Position numbers and translations under genes: made by a program. Positions 44,405 through 57,120 of a DNA stretch of 64,000 nucleotides are shown one piece after another; positions within the stretch are counted from its first letter, which is position 1, and each line of letters opens with the position of its first letter. The DNA is from Heterodontus francisci (taxonomy: Eukaryota), in the NCBI RefSeq assembly GCF_036365525.1, contig NC_090399.1:13515558-13579557 (forward strand). The letters are read 5' to 3'. The notes under the pieces were generated by a model. It was given only the letters and a program-made list of their open reading frames with translations. It made no database searches and had not been told where the DNA came from.

Positions 44405-45340
44405 CTAGTTTAAACCCTCCCGAAGAGCTCTAGCAAACCTCCCGCCCAGGATATTGGTGCCCCTCCAGTTCAGATGCAACCCGTCCTTCTTGTACAGGTC
44501 CCACCTTCCCCAGAAGGTATCCCAATGATCTACATATCTGAATCCCTCCCTCCTGCACCAGTTCTGTAGCCATGTGTTCAGCTGCACTCGCTCCCTGTTT
44601 CTCGCCTCACTAGCACGTGGCACCGGTAACATTCCTGAGAATACTACTCTGCTCGTCCTGCCTTCCAGCTTCCAACCTAACTCCCTATATTCGCTTTTCA
44701 GGTCCTCATCCCTTTTCCTAGCTATGTCATTGGTACCGATATGTACCACGACTTCTGGCTGCTCCCCCTCCCCCTTAAGAATCCTGTACACTCAATCCGA
44801 GACATCCCTGACCCTGGCACCTGGGAAGCAACATACCATCCGGGAGTCTCGCTCGTGACCACAGAATCTCCTGTCTGTTCCTCTAACCATTGAATCTCCT
44901 ATCACTATCGCTCTCCTGTTCTCCCCACTTCCCTTCTGAGCCACTGGGCCAGGCTCAGTGCCAGAGACCTGGCCAATGTGGCTTTCCCCTGGTAGGTCAT
45001 CCCCCTCAACCGTATCCAAAACGGTATACTTATTATTGAGGGGGACGACCACAGGGGATCCCTGCACTGTGCGCCTATTCCCTTTCCCTCCCCTGATGGT
45101 CACCCAGCTACCTTTATCCTGTAACTTAGGTGTCACTACTTCCCTATAACTGCTCTCTATCACCCCCTCAGCATCCTGAATGATCCGAAGTTCATCCAGC
45201 TCCAGCTCCAGTTCCCTAACGCGGTCTGCGAGGAGCTGGAGTTGGGTGCACTTCTCACAGGTGAAGTCAGCAGGGACACAAGTGGTGACCCTCACCTCCC
45301 ACATCCTGCAAGAGGAGCATACAACTGCCCTAGCTTCCAT
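44405..45340 (-). pseudogene. CR1 ORF1 (zinc finger / coiled coil plus SGNH esterase) with one in-frame stop
   Basis: CSSCRMW..CEKC, VIGDSMVR, PGAR, HIGTND, DGLHLN. Stop at 44792-44794. Confidence 0.9.
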
Positions 45341-46046
45341 CCCCTCTGCTCTAAATTGACAACAGAGATTTAAAAAAAAGGAAAACCTTACCTTACCAAA
45401 CCCTCCACACAAGAGTCCTTTTTTTTTGGTTAGAGGAGGAGGATGGGTGGGAGAAACTACACGTGTAGTGTTTCGGGTTTAGCCACTGCCCGAATATACA
45501 AGTTTACTTACCCAGCAGTCCCCGTGTCCGCCGAAACAAAAGGTAAGTTATTTTAAACTGAAACTCACTTTCCCAGCTGACACCTCGCTTAGTTTATTAA
45601 ATAGTTAATTAGTTGTCTAAAGATACCTGGTTTGGTCTATTTTTATTGTGGGGTGGGGGGGGGGGCGGTGGGGGGGTGGTACGAAAGTGCTTAATTTGGC
45701 TGTTTTCTGCTTATGTGGGGAAACTTGAATAATATGCTGTGACCTGTGGAATAATGGGACTGAATTGACAGTGCATTGCTCCCGCCTCATTTGTAACATA
45801 TTAATTGGGGGCTCGTCTCTGCAATTACATATCAATTGGAGTCTTGGGTCTGGCATCATATTAATTGCTCATCTCTGGGATCATATTAATTGCTCTTGAG
45901 CCTGGGATCATATTATTTGGGGTGCTCTGTTGTCAGGATCCAAATCTAACATGAATTACGTGAATTATAAGGGGAGTAATAATTTGAAAAATAAAATAAA
46001 AGGTATCAAGTTTCTTGTATAATAAGGTACAGTATATGTCATCAGA

Positions 46047-48200
46047 ATGGCATTAGCAGTTGCAGCAGTTTTTTCTGGAAAAGGAGAATATGTGCTTCAG
46101 TGACTTGATAACTTTAGCTAAGAATAAACTAAAAGAATTGGCAGCACAATTGGGATTAGAATTGAAACCAGTGGCTAAAAAAGCATAGATAATTAACATA
46201 ATAGCCCAACATTTAACATTAGAATAATAATAAGAATAATAAGAAGAAGAAGACGAGGAACAGGAAGGTAGTAAGCCAAAGAGTGATGCAGTGGCATTGG
46301 CGAGGATTCAGTTAGAAATGAAAAAAACTTGAGGCTGAAAAAGAATGAATAAAACTTGAATTTGAAAAAGAAGACAGGGAGAAAGAAAGAGCACATCAGA
46401 GAAGAAGTGAAAGAGAAGAGAGGGAATTAAGGCTAAAAGAGATGGAACTAAGACAAAGGGGTGGTCTTGACTCCAGGGAAAATTTGGGTCCAGAAGAACA
46501 TGAATTCAGCCCTGGACCCAGTGAAAAGCTGTTTAAGTTTATAAAAGCTCTTACTAAGTTTGAGGAAAGGGACATAGTGGTATTTTTCATATCTTTTGAA
46601 AAAATAGCCAAACAGATGAAATGGCCGAAGGATAGCTGGACACTGCTTATGTAAAACAAGTTGATAGGCAGAGCTCATGAAGTTTATGCCATGCTTCCTG
46701 AAGAAGCTTCTGCAGATTATGAGATGGCATATGAGTTAGTCCCTGAAGCTTACCGTCAGAAGTATAGGAACTCACGGAGATTGACTGGGCAGACATATGT
46801 AGAATTTGAGAGGGTGGAGAAAATGAATTTGGACCATTGGATATAGGCATTAAAGATAGAAACCACATATGAGAACCTTCAAGAATTGATTCTCTTGGAA
46901 GAGTCTAAAAACTCCATTCCTTCAGTAGTGAGCACTCATATAGATAACCTGAAAGCTTTGAAAAGCTAGGCAAGCCATGGAAATTTGAGCTTGTGAATAA
47001 GCTAAAACCTTTTGTTCATACCCCCATGAACCCGAGAAGAATAGAAAGTGGGAGAGTGAAAGGAAGGCAAGTAGCTGGGGACAAGGAAGAACAGCTGGGA
47101 ATACCCCAGGATCACCTCCTCAGGTCAGAAAGGAAGGTGCTGAGGGTAGAAGTGAGGTTTGCAAGCCACGTAGCTGGTCACCTTCATACAGAATGCTATA
47201 AATTGCGAGGTGAACCCATAGGACTTGTTGGGGTATGCAAAGCTAGTGCAGAGGAAAAGAGTCTGACTGAGAGTATCGCAGACCAGGCTATAGCTTTAAT
47301 GGCAGCTGTAAAACCAGATACAAAAACTAAAGTGAAAGGAGAGGTTAACAATAAGATACCCTAAAGTTATAATGATTTTTTTGTCAAAGGGGAAAGTAAC
47401 TCCATATCCTGTAAGTGAGGCAGGAAAACCTATCATTATACTCAGGGAGACAGGAGCGACCCAAACACTCTTACTGGAGAAAGATATAATGTTTCCACTG
47501 GAGAGCACCTTGAATGCTAAAGTTTTAGTTAATGGAAATGGCGGAGAGTGTGTACCTGTACCTTTATATAAAGTATGCCTAGAGAGTGACTTAATATCTG
47601 GGATAGTAACTGTAGGAGTTGTCCACAGTTTGCCAGTAAAGTACAAAGAACAAAGAAAAAGAACAAAGAAAATTACAGCACAGGAACAGGCCCTTCGGCC
47701 CTCCAAGCCTGCGCCGGTCCAGATCCTCTATCTAAACATGTCGCCTATTTTCTAAGGATCTGTATCTCTTTGCTTCCTGCCCATTCATGTGTCTGTCTAG
47801 ATACATCTTAAAAGACGCTATCGTGCCCGCGTCTACCACCTCCGCTGGCAAAGCGTTCCATGCACCCACCACCCTCTGCGTAAAGAACTTTCCACGCATA
47901 TCCCCCCTAAACGTTTCCCCTCTCACTTTGAACTCATGACCCCTAGTAATTGAATCCCCCATTCTGGGAAAAAGCTTCTTGCTATCCAACCTGTCTATAC
48001 CTCTCATGATTTTGTACACCTCAATCAGGTCCCCCCTCCGCCTCCGTCTTTCTAATGATCTACTCCTAGGAAATGGTTTGGCCAGATCAAAAGTATCAGT
48101 TTCTCCTGTAATTACAGAGGAATCAAGTGAAGTTAAGGAAATGGAACAATTACAGGAATAAGTTCTCGGAATATTTCCTGTGTGTGTAATCATCCGAGCA
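46047..48200 (+). pseudogene. Gypsy (Gmr1-like) gag and protease remnants
   Basis: ORF pieces 46442-46654, 46661-46846, 46993-47364 (GHLHTEC knuckle remnant), 47372-47640 and 48055-48160, with multiple stops. Confidence 0.75.
47645..48052 (-). mobile_element. CR1 LINE 3' fragment inserted in the Gypsy protease
   Basis: LERRRRRGDLIEVYKIMRG..WNALP and a TTCTTTG tail. Confidence 0.85.
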
Positions 48201-49689
48201 ATGGCTAAACAGGATCCACTGTTGGAGGTAAAAGAGGCATTTTAAAATCGAAGTAATAGATCTTTCATTATATTCTGTGCTGAAAGAAGTGTGTGATGCC
48301 TGCTGTAGCCAAAGTGCTTTGAATGTCTATCAAGTAAAGACTGTTCATCAAATCTGCATGGAGACTTCAAGTGGCAACTGATTTTTTTTTTACACTAGGA
48401 TACTTCACCCATCAGGAATGTAAACCACAAAGACTTACCCCTCAGTTATTTATTTTATTCTTAAGAAACAGCTAATTTTTTAAACACCATTTTCAAAACT
48501 GGTTAACCGTCAGTTTTTGAATGTATGTGTGTGAATGGAGGAGTGAGAACAAATAAGAAGTTATAAAGTCTTTGGACATACATTTATCTTAATAGTGTTT
48601 AAGATTTAGTTTATTAAATAGTTAATCTAAAGATACCTGGTTTGGTCTATTTTTATTCTAGGAGATACTAAAGTGTTTAATTTGTCTGTTTTCCAGTTAC
48701 GTGAGAAGACTTGAATAATATGCTGCGACCTGTGGAGTAATGGGACTGAATTGACAGTGCATTGCTCCCGCCTCCATCGTAAAAATATGAAATTTAGAAG
48801 CATTGTGAACTGTGAGGAAGCTAAGGTAGAACTTCAAAAGGCCATAGACAGGTTGGTGCAATGGGCAGAGAAGTGGCAGATGAAATTTCATGCAGAGAAG
48901 TGAGAAATGATTAATTTTTGTAGAAAGAATGCTGTGTGACAACAAAAAATAAAGGGTACAATTCTAAAGGGAGTGCAGGAGCAGAGGGACCTGGGTGTAT
49001 ATGTGCATAAATCATTGAAGGTGGCAGGACAGGTTGAGAGAGCATACAGCACCCTAGGCTTTATTAATAGGCCCATAGAGTACAAAAGCAAGGAAGTTAT
49101 GTTAAACCTGTATAGAAATTACACTGGTTTTGTCTCAACTGGAGTATTGCATTCAGTTCTGGGCACACACTTTCAGAAAGATGTGAAGGTATTAGAGAGA
49201 GTGCAGACAAGAGTCACAAGAGTGGTTCCAGGTACGAGGAACTTCTGGCTGGAGAAGTTGGGACTGTTTTCCTCGGAGAAGGTTGAAAGGAGATTTGATA
49301 GAGGTATTCAAAACCATAAGAGGTCTGGACAGAGTAGATAGGGAGAAACGGTTCCCATTTGTGGAAGGATTGAGAACGAGAGGGCACAGATTTAAGGTAA
49401 TAGGCAAAAGAAGCAATGGGGGAAATCTTTTTCACGCAGCGGGTGGTTAGGATCTGGAATTCACTGCCAGAGAGTGTGGTGGTAACAGATTCAATCGAGG
49501 CCTTCAAAAGGGAATTGGGTTATTATCTGAAAAGGAAGAATGTTCAGGACTATGGGGGGAAAGCAGGGAAGTGGCACTAGGAAAATTGCTGCATCAGAGA
49601 GCCAACACCGACACGATGGGCCAAATGGCCTCCTTCTGTGCAATTCAGAATTCTATGATTCTGCCTTCAGCACTACAGCTGGGATTTTG

Positions 49690-50620
49690 GGACCGAGAGC
49701 CTTTGTTGTATCCAGTGCAATCAGCCATTTCTTGATAACACTTGGAGTGAATTGAATTGACTATGGCAGGGACCTCAGAAGGAGGCCGACAAGAATAATC
49801 CACTCAGTATTTCTGGCTGAAGATGTTGGAAACACTTCAACGTGTCTTTTGCATTGATGTGCTGCACTCTGCTGTCATTGAGAATGGGGATGTTCTTGTA
49901 GCCTCCTCTGGTTCGTCATTTAGTTGTCCACCGCCATTCAAGACTGGATGTGGCAGGGCTGCGGAGATTTGATCTGATATTTTGGTTGCTTCCGCTGTTT
50001 AGCATGCGTGCAGTCCTGTGTTGTAGCTTCACCAGGTTAGCACCTCATTTTTAGGTAGACCTGGTGCTGCTCCTGGCATGTCCTTCTGCACTCTTCATTG
50101 AACCACAGTTGGTCTTGAAGGTAATAGTAGAATGAAGGATATGCCGGGCCATGAGGTTACAGATTGTGATTGAATACAATTCTGCTGCTGTTGATGGTCC
50201 ACAGCACCTCATGGATGCCCACTTTTGAGCTACTATGTCTGTTCTGAATCTAACCCATTTAGCACAGTGGTAGTGACACACAACATGATGGAGGGTGTCA
50301 TCAGTATGAAGAAGGGACTCTTTGTGGTTACTGCTACCAATACCATGTACATATGTGATATATAGATTAGTGATAATGAGTTCAAGCAAGCTTTTCTCTC
50401 TTGTCACTCTTCTCACCATTTGCTTCAGGCCCAATCTCGCAGAATAGAGCCATTCTTGGTGAAGGGCATTGAAATTCCCCACCCAGAGTACATAATGTGC
50501 CCTTGCTACCCTCAGTGCCTCCTCCAAATGATGTTCAACGTGGGGGAGTAATGATTCATCAGCTGAGGGGGTAGTAGGTGGTAATTAGCAGGAGGTTTCC
50601 TTGCCCATGTTTGACCTGAT
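49690..50620 (-). mobile_element. Decayed LINE endonuclease region (CR1/L2 group)
   Basis: VLWVGNFNALHQEWL..TREKSLLELIITN is an APE-like motif (50051-50527 -). Confidence 0.6.
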
Positions 50621-50849
50621 GCCGGGGCCACGCCCTTCACACTGTCCACCACTATACATGCCTGCTTATGCTCCACATAAGCTTCCTGCCACCCTATTTA
50701 ATCTCACCTTATCAACATCGTCTTCTATTCTTTTATCCCTCGTGCACTTACCTATTTTCCCATACAGGTATCTATGTTATTCACATCAACCATTCCATGT
50801 GTAGCTCATTCCTCATTCTAACCATTTCCTGGGCAGAAACAATACCTTT

Positions 50850-53800
50850 AGATGTGAAACCTTATTTGTACCCCCCCGCACCATCTTCACCCCGCACCCC
50901 CTTCCCCTGCATCCCCCCCCACCCCCTCCCTCTACCCCTCCCCCTTGCATCCCCTCCTCCCACCGGCACCATCCTACACCTGTGTAGGGGCCCCAACAAC
51001 AACCCCACTGCCTTGTGGGCGTCTCGGGAGAGACCAAGGCTAAGGGAGTAAACCCTAACAGAAAATCCGGAGCAGAACCCCGTAGGCGGTCATGTGTCAC
51101 CTTTGGCATGTTTCCGGCAGTTCCTGCAGCCATACTGGTGCCAAACGTCGTGTCCTGCACTCCTTTGGACCCCACCAGAAAGGCCGAGAGGGGGGTTTTG
51201 ACGACTGGGCAACTCTCAACCTCCATAAATTTGCCCAGGCATGCGCCATGGAGAGGTCACTCCATAGTTGCCTCACAGCGACTAAAACAACACGGAAGGC
51301 AGCAGTTACGGGTTATAAGTCCAGATAAATTGGCGTAGAAACTGGGCGCCACGGGTTGCCTTTGTCGGTGGGAGAGGTCATTGCACCTCACTGGACAGCT
51401 ACCGCCCGCCTCAAACCGGGCAGCCCCCGGTCAATAAGGTTCTGTCCCGCCACAATCTGCCTGCTTCAATGGGTGCTTGGAGCTCAGGGTCATTGCCCGA
51501 AAGGTGGACTGATACACCGCACCAAACAACATGAAAAAAGGAAAGAAGGTACCAGCCCTTCGCTTTGCAAGCTGGAACGTCAGAACTATGTGTCCTGGCC
51601 TGTCGGAAGACCTTACACAAATCAACGATTCTCGGAAGACCGCCATCATTAACAACGAGCTCAGTAGATTCAATGTGGACATTGCAGCACTTCAGGAGAC
51701 TCGCCTCCCCGCGAGTGGCTCTCTAGCAGAGCAAGACTACACCTTCTTCTGGCAGGGCAGGGATCCTGAAGAACCAAGACAGCATGGAGTGGGCTTCGCC
51801 ATCAGAAACTCCTTGCTCAGCATGATAGAGCCTCCCTCAAATGGCTCGGAACGCATACTGTCCATCCGACTGCTCACCACCTCTGGTCCAGTACACCTAC
51901 TCAGCATCTATGCTCCAACACTCTGCTCCGCACCTGAAGCTAAAGACCAGTTCTATGAACAACTCCATAACATCATTAGCAGCATCCCCAACACCGAACA
52001 CCTATTCCTGCTGGGGGACTTTAATGCCAGGGTTGGGGCCGACCATGACTCATGGCCCTCCTGCCTTGGGCGCTATGGCGTTGGAAGGATGAATGAGAAC
52101 GGGCAGAGACTGCTTGAGTTGTGTACCTATCATAACCTCTGCATCACCAACTCGTTCTTTCACACTAAACCCTGTCACCAGGTTTCATGGAGGCACCCAA
52201 GATCACGTCGTTGGCACCAGCTAGACCTCATTGTCACAAGGCGAGCCGCCTTAAACAGTGTTCAAATCACACGCAGCTTCCACAGTGCGGACTGCGACAC
52301 CGACCACTCCCTGGTGTGCAGCAAGGTTAGACTCAGACCAAAGAAGTTGCATCATTCCAAGCAGAAGGGCCACCCGCGCATCAACACGAGCAGAATTTCT
52401 CACCCACAGCTGTTACAAAAATTTCTAAATTCACTTGTGTCAGCCCTTCAAAACACTCCCACAGGGGATGCTGAGACCAAGTGGGCCCACATCAGAGACG
52501 CCATCTATGAGTCAGCTTTGACCACCTACGGCAAAAGTGCGAAGAGAAATGCAGACTGGTTTCAATCTCATAATGAAGAGCTGGAACCTGTCATAGCCGC
52601 TAAGCGCATTGCACTTTTGAACTACAAGAAAGCCCCCAGCGATTTAACATCCGCAGCACTTGTAGCAGCCAGAAGTACTGCACAAAGAACAGCTAGGCGT
52701 TGCGCAAACGACTACTGGCAACACCTATGCAGTCATATTCAGCTGGCCTCAGACACCGGAAACATCAGAGGAATGTATGATGGCATGAAGAGAGCTCTTG
52801 GGCCAACCATCAAGAAGATCACCCCCCTCAAATCTAAATCAGGGGACATAATCACTGACCAACGCAAACAGATGGACCGCTGGGTTGAGCACTACCTAGA
52901 ACTGTACTCCAGGGAGAATGCTGTCACTGAGACTGCCCTCAATGCAGCCCAGCCTCTACCAGTCATGGATGAGCTGGACATACAGCCAACCAAATCGGAA
53001 CTCAGTGATGCCATTGATTCCCTAGCCAGCGGAAAAGCCCCTGGGAAGGACAGCATTACCCCTGAAATAATCAAGAGTGCCAAGCCTGCTATACTCTCAG
53101 CACTACATGAACTGCTATGCCTGTGCTGGGACGAGGGAGCAGTACCCCAGGACATGCGCGATGCCAACATCATCACCCTCTATAAAAACAAAGGTGACCG
53201 CGGTGACTGCAACAACTACCGTGGAATCTCCCTGCTCAGCATAGTGGGGAAAGTCTTTGCTCGAGTCGCTCTGAACAGGCTCCAGAAGCTGGCCGAGCGC
53301 GTCTACCCTGAGGCACAGTGTGGCTTTCGTGCAGAGAGATCGACTATTGACATGCTGTTCTCCCTTCGTCAGATACAGGAGAAATGCCGTGAACAACAGA
53401 TGCCCCTCTACATTGCTTTCATTGATCTCACCAAAGCCTTTGACCTCGTCAGCAGACGTGGTCTCTTCAGACTACTAGAAAAGATCGGATGTCCACCAAA
53501 GCTACTAAGTTTCATCACCTCATTCTATGACAATATGAAAGGCACAATTCAACATGGTGGCTCCTCATCAGAGCCCTTTCCTATCCTGAGTGGTGTGAAA
53601 CAGGGCTGTGTTCTCGCACCCACACTTTTTGGGATTTTCTTCTCCCTGCTGCTTTCACATGCGTTCAAATCCTCTGAAGAAGGAATTTTCCTCCACACAA
53701 GATCAGGGGGCAGGTTGTTCAACCTTGCCCGTCTAAGAGCGAAGTCCAAAGTACGGAAAGTCCTCATCAGAGAACTCCTCTTTGCTGACGATGCTGCTTT

Positions 53801-54780
53801 AACATCTCACACTGAAGAATGCCTGCAGAGTCTCATCGACAGGTTTGCGTCTGCCTGCAATGAATTTGGCCTAACCATCAGCCTCAAGAAAACAAACATC
53901 ATGGGGCAGGATGTCAGAAATGCTCCATCCATCAATATTGGCGACCACGCTCTGGAAGTGGTTCAAGAGTTCACCTACCTAGGCTCAACTATCACCAGTA
54001 ACCTGTCTCTAGATGCAGAAATCAACAAGCGCATGGGTAAGGCTTCCACTGCTATGTCCAGACTGGCCAAGAGAGTGTGGGAAAATGGCGCACTGACACG
54101 GAACACAAAAGTCCGAGTGTATCAGGCCTGTGTCCTCAGTACCTTGCTCTACGGCAGCGAGGCCTGGACAACGTATGCCAGCCAAGAGCGACGTCTCAAT
54201 TCATTCCATCTTCGCTGCCTTCGGAGAATACTTGGCATCAGGTGGCAGGACTATATCTCCAACACAGAAGTCCTTGAAGCGGCCAACACCCCCAGCTTAT
54301 ACACACTACTGAGTCAGCGGCGCTTGAGATGGCTTGGCCATGTGAGCCGCATGGAAGATGGCAGGATCCCCAAAGACACATTGTACAGCGAGCTCGCCAC
54401 TGGTATCAGACCCACCGGCCGTCCATGTCTCCGTTATAAAGACGTCTGCAAACGCGACATGAAATCGTGTGACATTGATCACAAGTCGTGGGAGTCAGTT
54501 GCCAGCATTCGCCAGAGCTGGCGGGCAGCCATAAAGACAGGGCTAAATTGTGGCGAGTCGAAGAGACTTAGTAGTTGGCAGGAAAAAAGACAGAGGCGCA
54601 AGGGGAGAGCCAACTGTGCAACAGCCCCAACAAACAAATTTCTCTGCAGCACCTGTGGAAGAGCCTGTCACTCCAGAATTGGCCTTTATAGCCACTCCAG
54701 GCGCTGCTTCACAAACCACTGACCACCTCCAGGCGCGTATCCATTGTCTCTCGAGATAAGGAGGCCCAAAAGAAAGAAGA
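50850..54780 (+). mobile_element. Full-length RTE-clade LINE
   Basis: ~680-nt 5' UTR, a single long ORF, and a very short 3' UTR ending in AAGA-type repeats. Confidence 0.9.
51531..54722 (+). CDS. RTE LINE polyprotein (APE endonuclease, RT, C-terminal C2H2-like motif), intact 1063 aa
   Basis: FASWNVRT..ALQETR..IYAPT..GDFNARVG..TDH; KAPGKD..NYRGISLL..PEAQCGFR..DLTKAFD..GVKQGCVLAPTLF..LFADD..RLRWLGHV; CSTCGRACHSRIGLYSHSRRC. Confidence 0.95.
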   Translation: MKKGKKVPALRFASWNVRTMCPGLSEDLTQINDSRKTAIINNELSRFNVDIAALQETRLPASGSLAEQDYTFFWQGRDPEEPRQHGVGFAIRNSLLSMIEPPSNGSERILSIRLLTTSGPVHLLSIYAPTLCSAPEAKDQFYEQLHNIISSIPNTEHLFLLGDFNARVGADHDSWPSCLGRYGVGRMNENGQRLLELCTYHNLCITNSFFHTKPCHQVSWRHPRSRRWHQLDLIVTRRAALNSVQITRSFHSADCDTDHSLVCSKVRLRPKKLHHSKQKGHPRINTSRISHPQLLQKFLNSLVSALQNTPTGDAETKWAHIRDAIYESALTTYGKSAKRNADWFQSHNEELEPVIAAKRIALLNYKKAPSDLTSAALVAARSTAQRTARRCANDYWQHLCSHIQLASDTGNIRGMYDGMKRALGPTIKKITPLKSKSGDIITDQRKQMDRWVEHYLELYSRENAVTETALNAAQPLPVMDELDIQPTKSELSDAIDSLASGKAPGKDSITPEIIKSAKPAILSALHELLCLCWDEGAVPQDMRDANIITLYKNKGDRGDCNNYRGISLLSIVGKVFARVALNRLQKLAERVYPEAQCGFRAERSTIDMLFSLRQIQEKCREQQMPLYIAFIDLTKAFDLVSRRGLFRLLEKIGCPPKLLSFITSFYDNMKGTIQHGGSSSEPFPILSGVKQGCVLAPTLFGIFFSLLLSHAFKSSEEGIFLHTRSGGRLFNLARLRAKSKVRKVLIRELLFADDAALTSHTEECLQSLIDRFASACNEFGLTISLKKTNIMGQDVRNAPSINIGDHALEVVQEFTYLGSTITSNLSLDAEINKRMGKASTAMSRLAKRVWENGALTRNTKVRVYQACVLSTLLYGSEAWTTYASQERRLNSFHLRCLRRILGIRWQDYISNTEVLEAANTPSLYTLLSQRRLRWLGHVSRMEDGRIPKDTLYSELATGIRPTGRPCLRYKDVCKRDMKSCDIDHKSWESVASIRQSWRAAIKTGLNCGESKRLSSWQEKRQRRKGRANCATAPTNKFLCSTCGRACHSRIGLYSHSRRCFTNH

Positions 54781-54791
54781 ACAGCTCAGGT

Positions 54792-55754
54792 TGTCAAATC
54801 AAAGAATAAAAATCATCTGATAGTGTCAAGCATACAAGGAATGCGACGATACAAAATTAGGGACAAAAACGGAAGAGTTATAAAAACTGACTTTGTCTTT
54901 TCTAAAATGGACCTTTCTTATAAAAAGTGAACAATGCTCCAAAATGGCCACTAAATGAAAAGGACTTGGCTTTTGTATGTTTAAACTGTCTAACAGGGAC
55001 AAAGAAAAATATCCAAAGCTAAGAAGCCCATCCTACAGCCATCCTACAATACTCCAAAATTGAATGGGTTCTTCTGAAACAAAGAAGGTGTGAAGTAGTT
55101 ATGCCCAGGGCCATTGTGTGATCACCATGGGGGAGAGACCAAAGCACCTCCTACCAGAAGAGGGGTTATAGCACATCTTCACCTTAAAAGGCAGCCTAAA
55201 GAGAGAGAGAGAGAGAGGAGAGACACTTAGAAAGCAGCATCCAGAAGCAAACCAGAAGGGGCCTGCCCTGCTGTAGAATTCAACATCTACACTTTATACT
55301 GCAGTGAGCTCGAAGTGATCCACTGTCTTCAACTGATCTTTCAACCAAGAGAGAAATGAACAAACACCTCAGGCCTGCAACCAAAGAGAACTTGACTTCC
55401 GAGAGAATTGAAAAGGTTTACAATGACTGTCCCTGAAATCTACCCCCCACTTTTAATCGCTTACCCCTTTTCCCTCTCTATCTGTCTCTTGCGCGCGTGT
55501 GTGTGTGTGTGTGCGTATGTGCACAAGCGAATGTATGAGTGGATGTGGTTGCGACAATTTCAGGATAAGGCATGTTGTTCACTAAACAATTGATTTTTTG
55601 CTGGTTTTTAAATGTACAAGAAAAGCTGTTGCTGTCTGTTTGTTTGACAAATAACACAAAAGGTGATAAACCCTAATAACAATAAAAACATATGCTGCAG
55701 TCAGGTGGGAGTGAATAGTGGGAACCATCCAAAATTCACCACGTGGCCCTGACA
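54792..55754 (+). mobile_element. Probable solo LTR (Gypsy-type)
   Basis: TGTCA...TGACA termini, GA and TG microsatellites, and a layout like the other LTRs here. TSD not evident. Confidence 0.45.
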
Positions 55755-56544
55755 ATAGGAAGTTTACAGGAAATTAAACTCAAAACTCATGAGTCCATTT
55801 GATATTAACTTGTGGCTCTTGTCTAGGGTAAGAAACCTTTTGGTAATTATAAGCAGGTTCTTCATTAAAGGCAATATTGAATGGCTGGAAGTAGTGTGGT
55901 GAAGACGAGCAAGATTCAGCTATAGTGTGTGTGAGAACTGAGCTATGGGGAAATTCTGAAGGAAAAAGGCAGATTTTTATGGAAGACCTGCACACACCAA
56001 TTGACCTTAAACCCCCAAATAAATGAAACATTGAGGATCGACAATCTGAAGCCAAGAATTCCACACGGTGCCCACCAGTCACACAGAAACCCACAGCGAA
56101 GATGTTTGTCAGTGCTGAATTAGTGACTCAATATGTGGGCAAGCATTCAAGAGGGGATTTAATATTGCACGGTGAACCTATACATCCTAAACTATGGTTG
56201 GTGGACTTTTCACATGAAATCCCTTAATCTTCTCAGACTGTGACCGTAAATAAGAGAGAATTGTAATCAGAAGATACCGGCCAGCCCTCAGATAATGCAA
56301 GAGAACACAGGACTGGGGAAGCTCCAGTTTTTGAAAAAAAAACCTTTGACTTTTTAACCCTTTCAACGTGAAAGGCGCTATATAAATGCAGATTGTTGTT
56401 GAAGCCAAGCACAAAGTCAAGTGGCCATGCTCCAAGTTTGTCCTGCTCTTGAGTTACAATAATATGCTAATGAGGGATGGACAATGGGACGATTCCCATT
56501 CGCTAAATCAAGAGTTCGGAATTTTATTTGTTCCCTCATGAAAC

Positions 56545-57057
<513 letters not shown>

Positions 57058-57104
57058 ATGAAGAAAGATAACGCACAAAAAAATCCTACTCAACAAACCA
57101 CAAA

Positions 57105-57120
57105 GGCTCTTTTAAGAGCC
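57105..57120 (+). terminator. Histone 3' stem-loop (H2A)
   Basis: GGCTCTTTTAAGAGCC-ACCCA with a GAAGAG downstream element at ~57138. Confidence 0.93.

Larger units (their letters stand above)
41400..45588 (-). mobile_element. Near full-length CR1 LINE
   Basis: ORF1 followed by ORF2 and a (GTTCTAT)-type 3' tail at ~41400-41420. Interrupts the Gypsy LTR. Confidence 0.93.
40291..48785 (+). mobile_element. Gmr1-like Ty3/Gypsy LTR retrotransposon, deleted and interrupted (inserted in a CR1 fragment at 40060-40290 / 48790-49660)
   Basis: 5' LTR 40291-45798 is split by a SINE and a CR1. PBS-Pro TGGGGGCTCGTC at 45806-45817. Gag FFISFEKIAKQMKWPKDSW..AYELVPEAYRQKYR, protease ILRETGATQTLL..DLLLGN, and a partial 3' LTR at ~48240-48785 matching 40705-41395 and 45590-45798. 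Confidence 0.8.

Noticed and set aside
45797-45940. CRISPR-like repeat-spacer appearance
   Set aside because: Eukaryotic retrotransposon context, repeats too short and degenerate, and no cas genes. Treated as a PBS-like array instead.
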